Assembly (NCBI GenBank): GCA_024644015.1
Contig: JAHELV010000005.1
Coordinates: forward strand, 13,297 to 77,296
DNA: 64,000 nt
From: Nitriliruptorales bacterium
GTDB taxonomy: Bacteria; Actinomycetota; Nitriliruptoria; Euzebyales; JAHELV01
Direction of reading: 5' to 3'
Shown: in pieces, positions 1-9,799 of the stretch
Numbering within the stretch: the first letter of the stretch is position 1
How the letters are laid out: every line of letters begins with the position of its first letter
Made by a program: the position numbers and the translations under genes
Notes under the pieces: model-generated
What the model saw: only the letters and a program-made list of their open reading frames with translations
The model's database searches: none
Told to the model about the DNA's origin: nothing

Positions 1-244
1 GCTCAGGCGGATCTGCCGACGCCTGGAAGCCGTCGGGCCAGCGGACTTCGACCCGTTCGCCGGTGTCGGTCTCGAGCCACACACAGCCACCCTCGAGCTG
101 CGGGTCGCCGCCGAGTGTGCCGCTTCGCACACCGGTGTCCGCCGTCGGGTCGGACGCCGCACCCGTCGGCGCAGACGTCCCCGTGTCGGTCGCCGCGCAT
201 CCGGCCACCACCATCAGCACCATCAGCACCATCGTCGTACGCAT
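1..244 (-). CDS. putative secreted lipoprotein, partial (3' end lies outside the window)
   Basis: Own translation of the minus strand from ATG 244 gives MRTTMVLMVLMVVAGCAATDTGTSAPTG... This has a basic n-region, a hydrophobic core and lipobox VVAG|C. The frame stays open to the window edge. GAAGGGG lies 6-7 nt upstream. The ORF is absent from the track because it runs off the window. The track ORF 3..569 is in a different frame. Confidence 0.55.
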   Translation of the reverse strand, partial: MRTTMVLMVLMVVAGCAATDTGTSAPTGAASDPTADTGVRSGTLGGDPQLEGGCVWLETDTGERVEVRWPDGFQASADPPE

Positions 245-333
245 GCGCACCCCTTCTGCCGGCTGTCCCGACCTGTCTGACGTCCCCGCGCACGACAGCG
301 TTGCGGGCGGCACACGATGGCACACTTCGTGGT

Positions 334-2085
334 GTGGTCGAGTCCGTCGTCGCGCGCACGGAGGCCGCCGTGCGCTCGTGGCTGGCGGCCCTCGGTCGCC
401 CTGCGTTCGTGGCGGTCGACACCGAGACCTCCGGCTGGGACCCATGGCGTGACCATCTGCGGCTCGTGCAGGTCAGCGCGGGGCCGCACCGTCCGGTACT
501 GGTGGTCGACACCGGCCGGGTCGATCCGGCGGTACTCGATCCGCTCCTGCTCGACAGCACCGTCGCCAAGGTCTTCCATCACGCCGCGTTCGATCTGCGC
601 TTCCTCGCGCGGGCGGGCCGGCGGGTCGTGCGGGTCGCCGACACCATGCTGGCGCAGCAGCTGCTCGACGGCGGGGAAGCGGCCGCCGGCCTCGGGCTGG
701 CCGACATGGCGGCGTTCCGTCTGGGTATGACGCTGCGCAAGGACCTGCGAACCGAGTTCGTCGATGGCACCGAACTGTCGCAGGAACTGATCGACTACGC
801 GGCAGCGGACGCGGCCGCGACATGGGGGGTGTTCGATCAGCAGCGCCACGAACTGGTAGGCCATCGCCTCGGCCCGATCGCACGGCTGGAGTTCGCCGCG
901 CTCCCGGTGCTGGCCGACCTTGCGCTCCGGGGGATCGGCTTCGACGCGTCGCGCTGGCAGCGGCTCGTCGCCGAGGTCGAGCGGCAGCTGCCGGGGCTCG
1001 AGCGCGCCGTCCAGCGTGCGTTGCTGACAGACGACAGCCCGCGCAACCTGTTCGGTCCCGAGCCGGTCAACCTCGAAGCACCCGAGCAGGTCCGCGACGC
1101 GTTGGAGCGGGTCGGTGTGGTCCTCGAGTCGACGCGTGAGGACCGGCTGCGCGACCATGCCGAACATCCCGCGGTGGCTGCGTTGCTGGCCTACCGGCAG
1201 GTCAGCAAGCTGACCAGCAACTGGGGTGGCGACTGGGCCCGGCGCGTGACACATCCGGCGACCGGCCGGATCCACGCCGACTGGCGTCAGATCGTCGGCA
1301 CGGGCCGTATCGCGTGCCGCGATCCGAACCTGACGCAGATCCCGAAGCAGGCGGGGTGGCGTGCCTGCTTCACGGCGGCGACCGACCACACGCTCATCGT
1401 TGCCGACTACTCGCAGCAGGAGCTGCGGATCCTCGCCGCGGTCTCGGGGGATCCGGCACTGGCTGAGGTCTTCCGCGGCCGCGGTGATCTGCATCGTGCG
1501 ACTGCCGCGCTGGTGTTCGGCGTGGCCGAGGACGAGGTCCGCCCGGAGCAGCGCGACGCCGCGAAAGCACTCAACTTCGGCCTGATGTACGGGATGGGTG
1601 CTGCGAGCTTCGCGCGCAGCACCGGGATGAGCCACGACCAGGCGGCTGCAACGATCGAACGCTACTTCGCGACGTTTCCACAGGTCGAACGGTGGCTGAC
1701 GGGCGCGGAGGCGGCCGGGCGACGTGCCGGCCAGGTCCGTACCGCGCTCGGACGGATCCGCGTGCTGCCCCGCGACGACACCGTGAGCGTCGCCTTGCTC
1801 GCCCGCAACGCACCCATCCAGGGCGCCGGCGCCGACATGACCAAGCTGGCGCTGGCCGCGGTCGAGCGTCGGCTTGCCGCGCGCTACGGTCCCGGTCCGG
1901 GGAGAACCCCGGGACTGGTGTTGACGGTCCACGACGAGCTGGTCGTGCAGGTGCCGACCGTCGACGCGGACGAGGTGGCCGGCGAGGTCGTCGGCGCCAT
2001 GCGTGAAGCCGCCGCCGAACTGCTGGGACCGGTGCCCGCCGCGATCGACGTCGCGGTTCGGCCGTGCTGGGGCGCAGCCACCTGA
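334..2085 (+). CDS. family A DNA polymerase with 3'-5' exonuclease domain (PolA-like, no 5' nuclease domain)
   Basis: ORF 115..2085. Exonuclease motifs are AVDTETSG (Exo I), HHAAFDLRFL (Exo II) and YAAADAAATW (Exo III). Polymerase motifs are ADYSQQELRILA (A), RDAAKALNFGLMYGM (B) and LTVHDELVV (C). The first ~70 codons of the ORF are Pro/Ser/Arg-rich filler, so the start is placed at in-frame GTG 334. Confidence 0.85.
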   Translation: MVESVVARTEAAVRSWLAALGRPAFVAVDTETSGWDPWRDHLRLVQVSAGPHRPVLVVDTGRVDPAVLDPLLLDSTVAKVFHHAAFDLRFLARAGRRVVRVADTMLAQQLLDGGEAAAGLGLADMAAFRLGMTLRKDLRTEFVDGTELSQELIDYAAADAAATWGVFDQQRHELVGHRLGPIARLEFAALPVLADLALRGIGFDASRWQRLVAEVERQLPGLERAVQRALLTDDSPRNLFGPEPVNLEAPEQVRDALERVGVVLESTREDRLRDHAEHPAVAALLAYRQVSKLTSNWGGDWARRVTHPATGRIHADWRQIVGTGRIACRDPNLTQIPKQAGWRACFTAATDHTLIVADYSQQELRILAAVSGDPALAEVFRGRGDLHRATAALVFGVAEDEVRPEQRDAAKALNFGLMYGMGAASFARSTGMSHDQAAATIERYFATFPQVERWLTGAEAAGRRAGQVRTALGRIRVLPRDDTVSVALLARNAPIQGAGADMTKLALAAVERRLAARYGPGPGRTPGLVLTVHDELVVQVPTVDADEVAGEVVGAMREAAAELLGPVPAAIDVAVRPCWGAAT

Positions 2086-2114
2086 CCCCCGGCCATCCGT
2101 TACGCTGCGCGACC

Positions 2115-3326
2115 ATGGAGCCATCGGTCACCAGCGAGATCGGTCAGTTGCGCGAGGTCATTCTGCACCGGCCCGGGCGTGAGCTCCGCCGCATCACCCC
2201 CGCGAACCGCGAGGACCTGCTGTTCGACGAGTTGGTGTGGGTCGACCGGGCGCAGCAGGAGCACGACGCGTTCGCCGAGCTGTTGCGGTCCGAGGGTGTG
2301 CGGGTCCGGCTGCTCGACGCTCTCGTCACCGAGACGCTCGCCGACCCGCAGGTCCGCACGGCTGTCATCGAGCGGCGGGCGACGCTGGACAGTTGCGGCG
2401 TGGAGCTGGTCGACCGCGTGCGCGAGCATCTGGGCGAACTGGCGCCCGACCAGTTGACGGACGCGTTGATCGGCGGGGTCACGGTCGCCGAGGTGCCGGG
2501 CGCTCGCGACGGGTTCGTGGGCGGCGTTCTCGGTCCCCACGCCTTCCTTGTGCCACCGCTGCCCAACGCGGTGTTCACGCGGGATCCCAGCGCGTGGATC
2601 GCCGGCGGCGTCGTCCGTTCGCCGATGGCGATGCCCGCCCGCCGCCCGGAACAGGTCCTGTGGGAGGCGGTGTACGAGCATCACCCCGACTTCGCCGGCC
2701 GGGCGCCGGTGTGGTACGGCGACGCGCGCGGCCTGCACTCGTCGCTCGAGGGCGGTGACGTCCTCGTGCTGTCGCCGCGGTGCGTCGCGATCGGGCTGTC
2801 GGAACGGACCCACCCGATCGCTGTCGAGAACCTGGCGGCGCGGCTGTTCGAGGTCGGTGCCGCCGCGTACGTCCTGGCGGTCGAGCTGCCGAAGACGCGT
2901 GGAACCATGCACCTCGACACCGTGCTCACCGTGGTCGACGTCGACGCCATCGTCCTGTGGCCCCGCATGCGCTCGGGTGCCAGTGTGCGGCGCATCGAAC
3001 CCGGCGTCGATGGGCGCATGCGCGTCACCGAAGAACCCGATCTGGTCGCGGCGATCGCCCACGGCATGGGTGTCGACCGGTTGCGGGTCGTCACGACCGC
3101 CGAGGACGAGGTGGTTGCCGACCGTGAGCAGTGGGACGACGGAAACAACACGTTGGCTGTGCGGCCCGGCCTTGTCTTCGCCTATGACCGCAACGTCGAC
3201 ACCAACCGCCGGTTGCGGCTGGCGGGCATCGACGTGCACACGATCGAGGGCTTCGAGCTGCCACGCGGTCGGGGCGGGCCGCGATGCATGTCGTGCCCGG
3301 TCGTGCGTGACCCGATCGCGGGATGA
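2115..3326 (+). CDS. arcA: arginine deiminase
   Basis: ORF 2064..3326. From ATG 2115 it reads MEPSVTSEIGQLREVILHRPGRELRRITP..LLFDE, the typical ADI N-terminus. The C-terminal GGPRCMSCPV carries the catalytic Cys. Confidence 0.9.
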   Translation: MEPSVTSEIGQLREVILHRPGRELRRITPANREDLLFDELVWVDRAQQEHDAFAELLRSEGVRVRLLDALVTETLADPQVRTAVIERRATLDSCGVELVDRVREHLGELAPDQLTDALIGGVTVAEVPGARDGFVGGVLGPHAFLVPPLPNAVFTRDPSAWIAGGVVRSPMAMPARRPEQVLWEAVYEHHPDFAGRAPVWYGDARGLHSSLEGGDVLVLSPRCVAIGLSERTHPIAVENLAARLFEVGAAAYVLAVELPKTRGTMHLDTVLTVVDVDAIVLWPRMRSGASVRRIEPGVDGRMRVTEEPDLVAAIAHGMGVDRLRVVTTAEDEVVADREQWDDGNNTLAVRPGLVFAYDRNVDTNRRLRLAGIDVHTIEGFELPRGRGGPRCMSCPVVRDPIAG

Positions 3327-3332
3327 TGCGTG

Positions 3333-3812
3333 CTAGACGCGCTCCTCGAGCCCGCGCAGGCCCGTGATCTTGACGGTGAACGAACCGGCCGGCGCCTGGT
3401 AGCTGACCTGGTCGCCGACACGGGCGCCGATGAGTGCCCGGCCCAGGGGTGAGTCGGCGCTGACGACTGTCAGCCCGGTCGTGCGGTCCTCGCGGCTGCC
3501 GACGAGGAAGGTCTCCTCATCGCCGTCCTCGTCGACCGTGGTCACGACGCTGCCGCCCGAGACGACGTCACCCTGCGGAGCCGAGCCGACCTGCGCACGC
3601 TGCAGCATGTCGTCGAGCTGGCGGATGCGGGCCTCCATCTTGCCCTGCTCTTCCTTGGCCGAGTCGTACTCGGCGTTCTCCCGCAGGTCACCGTGCGCAC
3701 GGGCGGTCTTGATCGCCAGCGCGGCCTGCTCGCGACCTGTTGTCTTGAGGTGGTCGAGTTCTGCCTGGAGCCGATCGTAGGCAGACTGGGACAACCAGAC
3801 CGTGTCGCTCAC
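3333..3812 (-). CDS. greA: transcription elongation factor GreA
   Basis: 159 aa. WLSQSAYDRLQAELDHL...GDLRENAEYDSAKEEQGKMEARIRQL is the coiled-coil region, followed by a C-terminal FKBP-like domain. Confidence 0.95.
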   Translation of the reverse strand: MSDTVWLSQSAYDRLQAELDHLKTTGREQAALAIKTARAHGDLRENAEYDSAKEEQGKMEARIRQLDDMLQRAQVGSAPQGDVVSGGSVVTTVDEDGDEETFLVGSREDRTTGLTVVSADSPLGRALIGARVGDQVSYQAPAGSFTVKITGLRGLEERV

Positions 3813-3904
3813 TGCTAGTCACCCCGGTGCGGTCGGCGGCGGTTGACGAGCGCGTAAGTGTAGACGCACGCTGACCGCTCCGCGGCGAGGTAAGGGAGAA
3901 TCAC

Positions 3905-4777
3905 GTGCCTGAGTTACCGGAGATCACTGCGCACGCCGAACGGCTCGAGCGTCTCATCGGCGGCACAATGCTCGAGCGTTTCGAGCCGCTGTCGTTCACC
4001 GCGCTCAAGACCTTCTCGCCGGCGCCGGAACTGGCGCAGGGCGAGGCGCTGCGACACGTCGGTGACCGGGGCAAGCACCTGCTGCTGGGGTTCGGCGACA
4101 TCACGTTCGTCGTGCATCTGATGCAGGGGGGACGCCTGCGCCCCGACACGGGCAAGGCTCGGCGCCCGCGCAACGGGGTGGCCCGCTGGTACTTCGGTGA
4201 CGGCCAGCGGTTGCTGCTCACCGAGGCCGGAACCGAGCGACGGGCCGGTGTCTGGGTCGTCAGCGGCGATCCGCTGGTCTCCGCTCCGCTCGCCGACCTG
4301 GGGCCGGACGCCGACGAGATGACGGCTGAACAAGTGGCCGCGGCGTTGGCCGAGCACTCGATGCGCCTGCACACGTTCCTGCGTGACCAGCGGGTGATCG
4401 CCGGTGTCGGTCGCCGGCTGGCCAACGAGATCTGCCATCGCGCGCGCCTGTCACCGTTCGCCCAGACACGGGCTCTGGGGGCGGCCGACGTCGCCACGCT
4501 GCATGCCGCCCTCCGCGAGACGATCGCCGAGGGCCTCGCCGACGAGCGTGGCCGCGACGAGATGAGCGCGTCGAAGGACCGACCCGCACAGGTCCACGGC
4601 CGGACAGGTCAACCGTGCCCCGTGTGCGGTGACGAGGTGCGGGAGATCACCTACAACCGCTACACCGTCAACTACTGCGCGACCTGCCAGACGGGCGGGA
4701 AGATCCTGGCGGACAACGCGCTCAGCCGGCTCGGGGTGCCAAAGGAGCAGTGGGGCCGCGGGCGGCAGCACGGCTAG
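3905..4777 (+). CDS. Fpg/Nei family DNA glycosylase (formamidopyrimidine-DNA glycosylase / endonuclease VIII)
   Basis: GTG start followed by PELPEI, the catalytic N-terminal Pro-Glu. An H2TH region is present (LRDQRVIAGVGRRLANEICHRARLSP). The C-terminal zinc finger is CPVCG...CATCQ. Confidence 0.88.
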   Translation: MPELPEITAHAERLERLIGGTMLERFEPLSFTALKTFSPAPELAQGEALRHVGDRGKHLLLGFGDITFVVHLMQGGRLRPDTGKARRPRNGVARWYFGDGQRLLLTEAGTERRAGVWVVSGDPLVSAPLADLGPDADEMTAEQVAAALAEHSMRLHTFLRDQRVIAGVGRRLANEICHRARLSPFAQTRALGAADVATLHAALRETIAEGLADERGRDEMSASKDRPAQVHGRTGQPCPVCGDEVREITYNRYTVNYCATCQTGGKILADNALSRLGVPKEQWGRGRQHG

Positions 4778-4852
4778 GCTCCGGGACGCCGGCAGCGGGA
4801 ACTACGGACCGGATCGTGTCCGTGTCCGTGTCGCTGCGATGTGGAGGCACCG

Positions 4853-5653
4853 ATGCGCCTGATCACCTACAACGTCAACTCGATCAGCACGCGCCTCCAG
4901 CGGGTCCTTGCGCTGCTCGACGAACACGACCCCGACCTCGTGTGCCTGCAGGAGACCAAGTGCGCGCCCGACAAGTTTCCACACGTCGCGTTCGAACGCG
5001 CGGGCTATGTGGCTGCTGAGCACTCCGCAGGGCGGTGGGCCGGTGTCGCTGTGCTGGCGCGAGCCGCTCTCGGCGTGGCCGACATCGCGCGGGGCCTGCC
5101 GGGCGAGCCGTCGCCGGACGAGGCTCGCTGGATCGAGGCGACCGTCGGCGATGTGCGGGTCGTGAGCACCTATGTGCCCAACGGGCAGGCGGTGCACAGT
5201 CCAGCGTTCGACGAGAAGCTCACCTACCTCGAGGCCATGGGGGCGCGCGCAGCGGAGCTGGCCGGGCAGCCCACCATCATCGCCGGCGACATGAACGTGT
5301 GCCCCGCCGATCTGGACGTGTGGGACCCGGCCGCCGTGCATGGCGCCACCCACATCACCGCTGCAGAGCGCGGCCGGCTGCGTGCGGTGCTCGACACCGG
5401 GTACGTGGACGCGTTCCGGCGGCTGTTCCCCGACGAGACCGGGTTCACCTGGTGGGACTACCGCGCCGGCCACTTCCACAAGGGCTTCGGCCTGCGGATC
5501 GATCTGGCACTCGTTGCCACGCCATTGGTGCCCCGCCTCGTCGACAGCCTGGTGGCTCGGGACTACCGCAAGCCCACGAAGGTGCCGGGCACGAAGCCGT
5601 CCGATCATGCGCCACTGCTGGTGGACCTCGCCGGCGCCGCAGCCGTCCGGTGA
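4853..5653 (+). CDS. xthA: exodeoxyribonuclease III (AP endonuclease)
   Basis: MRLITYNVNSISTRLQRVLALLDEHDPDLVCLQETK, then GDMNV and a C-terminal SDHAPL. GGAGG lies 5 nt upstream of ATG 4853. The track ORF begins at 4841. Confidence 0.9.
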   Translation: MRLITYNVNSISTRLQRVLALLDEHDPDLVCLQETKCAPDKFPHVAFERAGYVAAEHSAGRWAGVAVLARAALGVADIARGLPGEPSPDEARWIEATVGDVRVVSTYVPNGQAVHSPAFDEKLTYLEAMGARAAELAGQPTIIAGDMNVCPADLDVWDPAAVHGATHITAAERGRLRAVLDTGYVDAFRRLFPDETGFTWWDYRAGHFHKGFGLRIDLALVATPLVPRLVDSLVARDYRKPTKVPGTKPSDHAPLLVDLAGAAAVR

Positions 5654-5663
5654 GATCCGGCTG

Positions 5664-6782
5664 TCAGCCGGCGGTCGGCGAGGCGGCCAGCCGCGTGCAC
5701 GACCGCAGTGCTTGCCACGTGTCGACTGCCGCGGCGCGCTCCTCACCGCGCAGCGGTGTTGCGACGCCGCCACGCAGCACCGCCGGGCGCCACTCGCTGC
5801 GGGTCGTGTCGTCCGGCGCGATCGTGACGGCGAACGCGCCACTGGCCGTTCCGGGACCGTCGCTGGAGTAGAAGACGAGGTTGCCCAGGCCGTAGTGGAC
5901 GACCGCGTCGCCGAGGTAGCCGCCCGGTCCGAGCCGATGCGCGTGGCCACCGACGATGACGTCGGCGCCGGCAGCGGCCAACTGCGCGGCGAGGCGGCGC
6001 TGACGAGGCAGCGGGCACACCCGTCGCTCGCGGCCCCAGTGCAGCATGACGACGACGGTGTCGCTCGTTTCGGCCGCTCGTCGGACGGACGCCAGCAGGC
6101 GGCGCAGGCCGGCACGCGCGTGCTTCGCCGACGCCAGACCGGGGCGGTCCGGACCGGGGTTCCAATCGTCGATCGCGAACGGGTCGAGGACCTGTGTCGC
6201 GCCGAGCACGACGATGCGGCGGCCGTTGATCTCGGTGCGGTGCGGTGCGTAGGCGGCGGCCTCGGTCATGCCGCCACCGATCAGTCCGAGCCGTGCCGCG
6301 GCGATGTTGCGTACCGTGTCGCGCAGGCCGTCGGTGCCGAAGTCCATGCCATGGTTGTTTGCGATCGACACGACATCGACTCCGGCGGCGGCAAGGGCCG
6401 TGAGCGCCGCCGCCGGCGCACGGAACGTGTGGCGTTTCGGCGCCGGCGCACCGCGTTCGGTCACCGCGGTCTCGAGGTTGACCACCGCAAGGTCCGCGTC
6501 GGCGAACAACCTGGCCATGCCGTCGAGCGCTCCTGGGGGATCGGCGAGCACGCGGTCGCGCAACCACGACTCGAAGTGCACGTCCCCGCCGAACACCAGC
6601 GTGACCGGCGCGGTCGGCGGATCGCGCGGCTCCCCGGCGGCGGAACGTCCGACCGCGCGCAGATGTGTGACCGCGTGCACCGATACGGTGGCCATCAGCG
6701 CAAGGGCGAGCAGGACCGCCAGCGGCGCGGCAGCGGTCAGACGCGCCGCAACACGCGTCGGTAGGTGATCTTGCGAGCCCAC
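5664..6782 (-). CDS. CapA family protein (PGA_cap metallophosphatase-like), membrane anchored
   Basis: N-terminal TM segment. Motifs VFGGDVHFE, NLETAVTERG, ANNHGMDFG and HWGRE are typical of the CapA / poly-gamma-glutamate capsule synthesis family. Confidence 0.8.
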   Translation of the reverse strand: MGSQDHLPTRVAARLTAAAPLAVLLALALMATVSVHAVTHLRAVGRSAAGEPRDPPTAPVTLVFGGDVHFESWLRDRVLADPPGALDGMARLFADADLAVVNLETAVTERGAPAPKRHTFRAPAAALTALAAAGVDVVSIANNHGMDFGTDGLRDTVRNIAAARLGLIGGGMTEAAAYAPHRTEINGRRIVVLGATQVLDPFAIDDWNPGPDRPGLASAKHARAGLRRLLASVRRAAETSDTVVVMLHWGRERRVCPLPRQRRLAAQLAAAGADVIVGGHAHRLGPGGYLGDAVVHYGLGNLVFYSSDGPGTASGAFAVTIAPDDTTRSEWRPAVLRGGVATPLRGEERAAAVDTWQALRSCTRLAASPTAG

Positions 6783-6828
6783 CCGTCAACCCCGATTCGG
6801 TGCGCGGCAAGTCTACGGCCGTCGACCG

Positions 6829-7701
6829 GTGGATGAGCGCACGGGCAACGCGCGTCGGGTTGCGCAGCCTGTAGGCCGCGTTCCACGGCGCGTCGCAGCC
6901 GCGTTACGTAGACTCCACGATCCAGTGGTACGCAAACTGCTCTACCGGATCTACGAACGACGCCTTGCGGCGTCGCTGCCGCCCGATGCACTGCCACAGC
7001 ACGTCGGCGTGATCCTCGACGGCAACCGCAGGTTCGCCCGCGAGCGGGGCCTGTCGACAGTCGCCGACGGACACCGCCTCGGTGCCGGCAAGATCCAGCA
7101 CCTGCTCGACTGGTGCCACGAGTTCGGCGTCGCGTACGTGACGCTGTGGCTGCTGTCGACAGAGAACCTGTCGCGTGACGAGCGGGAGCTCGCGGAGCTG
7201 ACCGCGATCATCGCCGACACGGTCACGGCGATCGCCGACAACCCTCGCAATCGCAGCCGCGGATTTCGGATCACGCCCGTCGGTGCGCTCGACTCGCTCC
7301 CCGACGAGCTGCGGCTCGCGCTGAAGCGCGCGGCTGACAGCACGAGCTCGGGCGGCGAGCTGCACGTGCAGGTCGCGGTCGGCTACGGCGGTCGGCAGGA
7401 GATCATCGACGCTGTCCGGGGACTGCTGCAGCAGCGGTTGGCGGCCGGGCAGACGCTCGAAGAGGTCATCGCGGGCTTGACGCCCGAGTTGCTGGCGCCG
7501 CATCTGTACACCACGGGAACGCCCGATCCCGATCTGATCATCCGCACGTCTGGCGAGATCAGGTTGTCGGGCTTCCTGCTGTGGCAGTCCGCGCACTCCG
7601 AGTTCCATTTCACCGACGCCTACTGGCCCGCCTTCCGCAAGATCGATTTCCTGCGTGCGCTGCGCGACTTCGCGGGCCGCAACCGCCGCTTCGGTCGCTG
7701 A
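6829..7701 (+). CDS. uppS: isoprenyl transferase (cis-prenyl / undecaprenyl diphosphate synthase family)
   Basis: HVGVILDGNRRFARERG, then TLWLLSTENLSR, then IRTSGEIRLSGFLLWQSAHSEFHF. These are canonical cis-prenyltransferase motifs. Start is GTG. Confidence 0.88.
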   Translation: MDERTGNARRVAQPVGRVPRRVAAALRRLHDPVVRKLLYRIYERRLAASLPPDALPQHVGVILDGNRRFARERGLSTVADGHRLGAGKIQHLLDWCHEFGVAYVTLWLLSTENLSRDERELAELTAIIADTVTAIADNPRNRSRGFRITPVGALDSLPDELRLALKRAADSTSSGGELHVQVAVGYGGRQEIIDAVRGLLQQRLAAGQTLEEVIAGLTPELLAPHLYTTGTPDPDLIIRTSGEIRLSGFLLWQSAHSEFHFTDAYWPAFRKIDFLRALRDFAGRNRRFGR

Positions 7702-7820
7702 CGGTACCGAGCTGAGACGCGTGCGCCCTGCGTACGTCGCCGTGCGTCTGCCGTGCGGGACGCTGACGTGCAAAGAAAACGCCGGTATGGCCGCTGACTC
7801 GTATATGCTGCAAAGCGTCA

Positions 7821-8357
7821 ATGACCGATGCGGCCACCTCCATACAGCTCTTGCGCCACGCGAAGGCGCAGCGTCGTGATCGGTGGTGGGGCAAGCCCGA
7901 CCGCGACCGCCCGTTGACGAAGATCGGCACGGCGCAGTCGAAGAGCCTCGCCGTCGATCTTTCGACGCAGGGGATCACGCGCATCCTCACGAGCCCGTAT
8001 GCCCGATGCGTGCAAACCGTGGAACCGCTGGCCGACCGGTTGGGCATGGAGATCGGCCTGGCAGAGGCCCTGGGTGAGGCACCGTCGGTGCCGCTGCTCG
8101 ACGCCGGCGACACCTGGGTCACCTCCGCGTGGCTGGGCGGCCGGGCGCTCGCCCTGGTCGACCAGGTGATCATCGACGACGCCGGCGGCCACATTCTCAT
8201 GTGCTCGCACGGTGACATCTTCCCGTCACTCATGGCGACTCTTGCAGGCCGCGACGGCCTCGAGATCGGCGACGTCCACCTCAAGAAGGGCGCGCGTTTC
8301 CGGCTGCAGTTCAAGGGTCAGAAGTGCGTCTCCGTCGAGGTGGTGCCACCGCCGTGA
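7821..8357 (+). CDS. histidine phosphatase family protein (SixA / phosphoglycerate-mutase-like)
   Basis: LLRHAKA, the RHG-type catalytic motif, sits near the N-terminus. SPYARCVQTVEPL and a downstream CSHGD follow. 178 aa. Confidence 0.75.
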   Translation: MTDAATSIQLLRHAKAQRRDRWWGKPDRDRPLTKIGTAQSKSLAVDLSTQGITRILTSPYARCVQTVEPLADRLGMEIGLAEALGEAPSVPLLDAGDTWVTSAWLGGRALALVDQVIIDDAGGHILMCSHGDIFPSLMATLAGRDGLEIGDVHLKKGARFRLQFKGQKCVSVEVVPPP

Positions 8358-8394
8358 TGCAGGGCGGTACGACGTCTAGGGAAGAGGATGCGTC

Positions 8395-9735
8395 ATGGGC
8401 TCGACGTTCGTGCTCGACACGTGTGTACTGCTCGCCGACCCCCGCGCGCTGTACCGCTTCGACGAGCACGACGTGGTGCTTCCGCTCGTGGTCGTCGAGG
8501 AGCTCGACCGTCAGAAGACGCGGATGGACGAGGTCGGACGCAATGCTCGGATGGCGCTGCGCCTGATCGAGGAACTGCGGGTCCGCAGTTCGAACGGATT
8601 GCGCGACGCCGTGTCGCTGCCGAATGGTGGCACGATCCGGGTCGAGGGCAATCACGTCGACAGCACGCTACCCCCGTACCTGGACCCGGCGAAGCCGGAC
8701 AACCGCATCCTGTCAGTTGCGGTGGGCCTCGGCGGCACGCTGGTCACCAAGGACGGCGCGTTGCGGATCAAGGGCAGCCAGCTCGGTGTGGACGTCGAGG
8801 ACTACCGCGCCGACACCGTCGAGGTCGACGAGCGCTACACCGGTATCGCCGAGCTCGACGTCGATTCGGCGTCGCTGGATCTGCTGCACCGGGACGGCAA
8901 GCTGGAGCTGTCGGCCGCTGCCGCCGCGCGGGTCGGAGCATGGGTGAACCAGTGCCTGGTGCTGCGCGCGGGCACGTCGGCGAGTGGCCTTGCGCGGGTG
9001 GCGTCCTGCACGCCCGGCGAGCCGGTCGTGGTCGAGCGGGTCGGTGGACGACCGCGGGTGTTCGGTGCCAGCCCGCGCGACGTGCGCCAGACCTTCGCGC
9101 TGGATCTGTTGATGGACCCTGCGGTGCCATGCGTGTCGCTGATGGGCATGGCGGGGACGGGCAAGACGTTCCTCGCGCTTGCGGCGGGCCTGGAACAGGT
9201 GGTCGAGGCCGGTGCGTACCGTCGCCTGTCGGTCTACCGGCCGCTCGTCGCCGTGGGGCGGCAGGAGGTCGGGTACCTGCCCGGCGATCTGGACGAGAAG
9301 CTGCAGCCCTGGATGGCCGCCGTGCACGACAACCTGTACTCGCTGTTTCGTGGCGATGATCAGGCGGGTGGCCACGGCACGAACGGACACCGCGGACTGC
9401 AGTCCGCCGTCGACGCGCTGCTCGACCGCGGACAGCTGGAGATGGCCGCCATCACGTATCTGCGTGGCCGGTCGATCACCGACGAGTACGTCATCGTCGA
9501 CGAGGCACAGAACCTCGAACTGCCGACGCTGAAGGTGATTCTGACGCGGATGGCGGCCGGGTCGAAGGTGGTGTTCTGCGGCGACCTGTCGCAGGTCGAC
9601 AACCCGTACATCTCCCCATACGGCGGGCTGGCGGCACTGATCGAGAAGATGAAGGGTTCTGCGCTGTTCGGCCATGTCACCATGTCGAAGGGCGTGCGCT
9701 CCCCGCTGGCGGAGCTGGCGGCCACAACCTTCTGA
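8395..9735 (+). CDS. phoH2: PhoH2-type protein (N-terminal PIN domain fused to PhoH ATPase)
   Basis: The PIN N-terminus is FVLDTCVLLADP...VVVEELD. The PhoH domain has Walker A GMAGTGKT and Walker B YVIVDEAQN. Confidence 0.88.
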   Translation: MGSTFVLDTCVLLADPRALYRFDEHDVVLPLVVVEELDRQKTRMDEVGRNARMALRLIEELRVRSSNGLRDAVSLPNGGTIRVEGNHVDSTLPPYLDPAKPDNRILSVAVGLGGTLVTKDGALRIKGSQLGVDVEDYRADTVEVDERYTGIAELDVDSASLDLLHRDGKLELSAAAAARVGAWVNQCLVLRAGTSASGLARVASCTPGEPVVVERVGGRPRVFGASPRDVRQTFALDLLMDPAVPCVSLMGMAGTGKTFLALAAGLEQVVEAGAYRRLSVYRPLVAVGRQEVGYLPGDLDEKLQPWMAAVHDNLYSLFRGDDQAGGHGTNGHRGLQSAVDALLDRGQLEMAAITYLRGRSITDEYVIVDEAQNLELPTLKVILTRMAAGSKVVFCGDLSQVDNPYISPYGGLAALIEKMKGSALFGHVTMSKGVRSPLAELAATTF

Positions 9736-9799
9736 TCGCGTGGGTGCGGTCGCGCCCTGATGCCGGCGGAAATGTCGCCGAGTCGCACGTGCGGGCCGG

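Noticed and set aside
3-569. 188-aa minus-strand ORF at the left edge
   Set aside because: It is Arg/Ser/Thr-rich with no features. A different minus-strand frame (1..244) encodes a clean lipoprotein signal peptide, and from 334 onward the plus strand encodes the polymerase.
223-2124. 633-aa minus-strand ORF antisense to the PolA-like gene
   Set aside because: It is a mirror ORF typical of high-GC DNA. Its composition is dominated by Arg/Gly/Pro/Ala with no recognisable motif, while the opposite strand carries complete exonuclease and polymerase motifs.
8358-8394. Small phoAT-like antitoxin ORF upstream of phoH2, as reported for mycobacterial PhoH2
   Set aside because: Only 37 nt separate the histidine phosphatase stop from the phoH2 start. 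No short ORF overlaps the phoH2 start.
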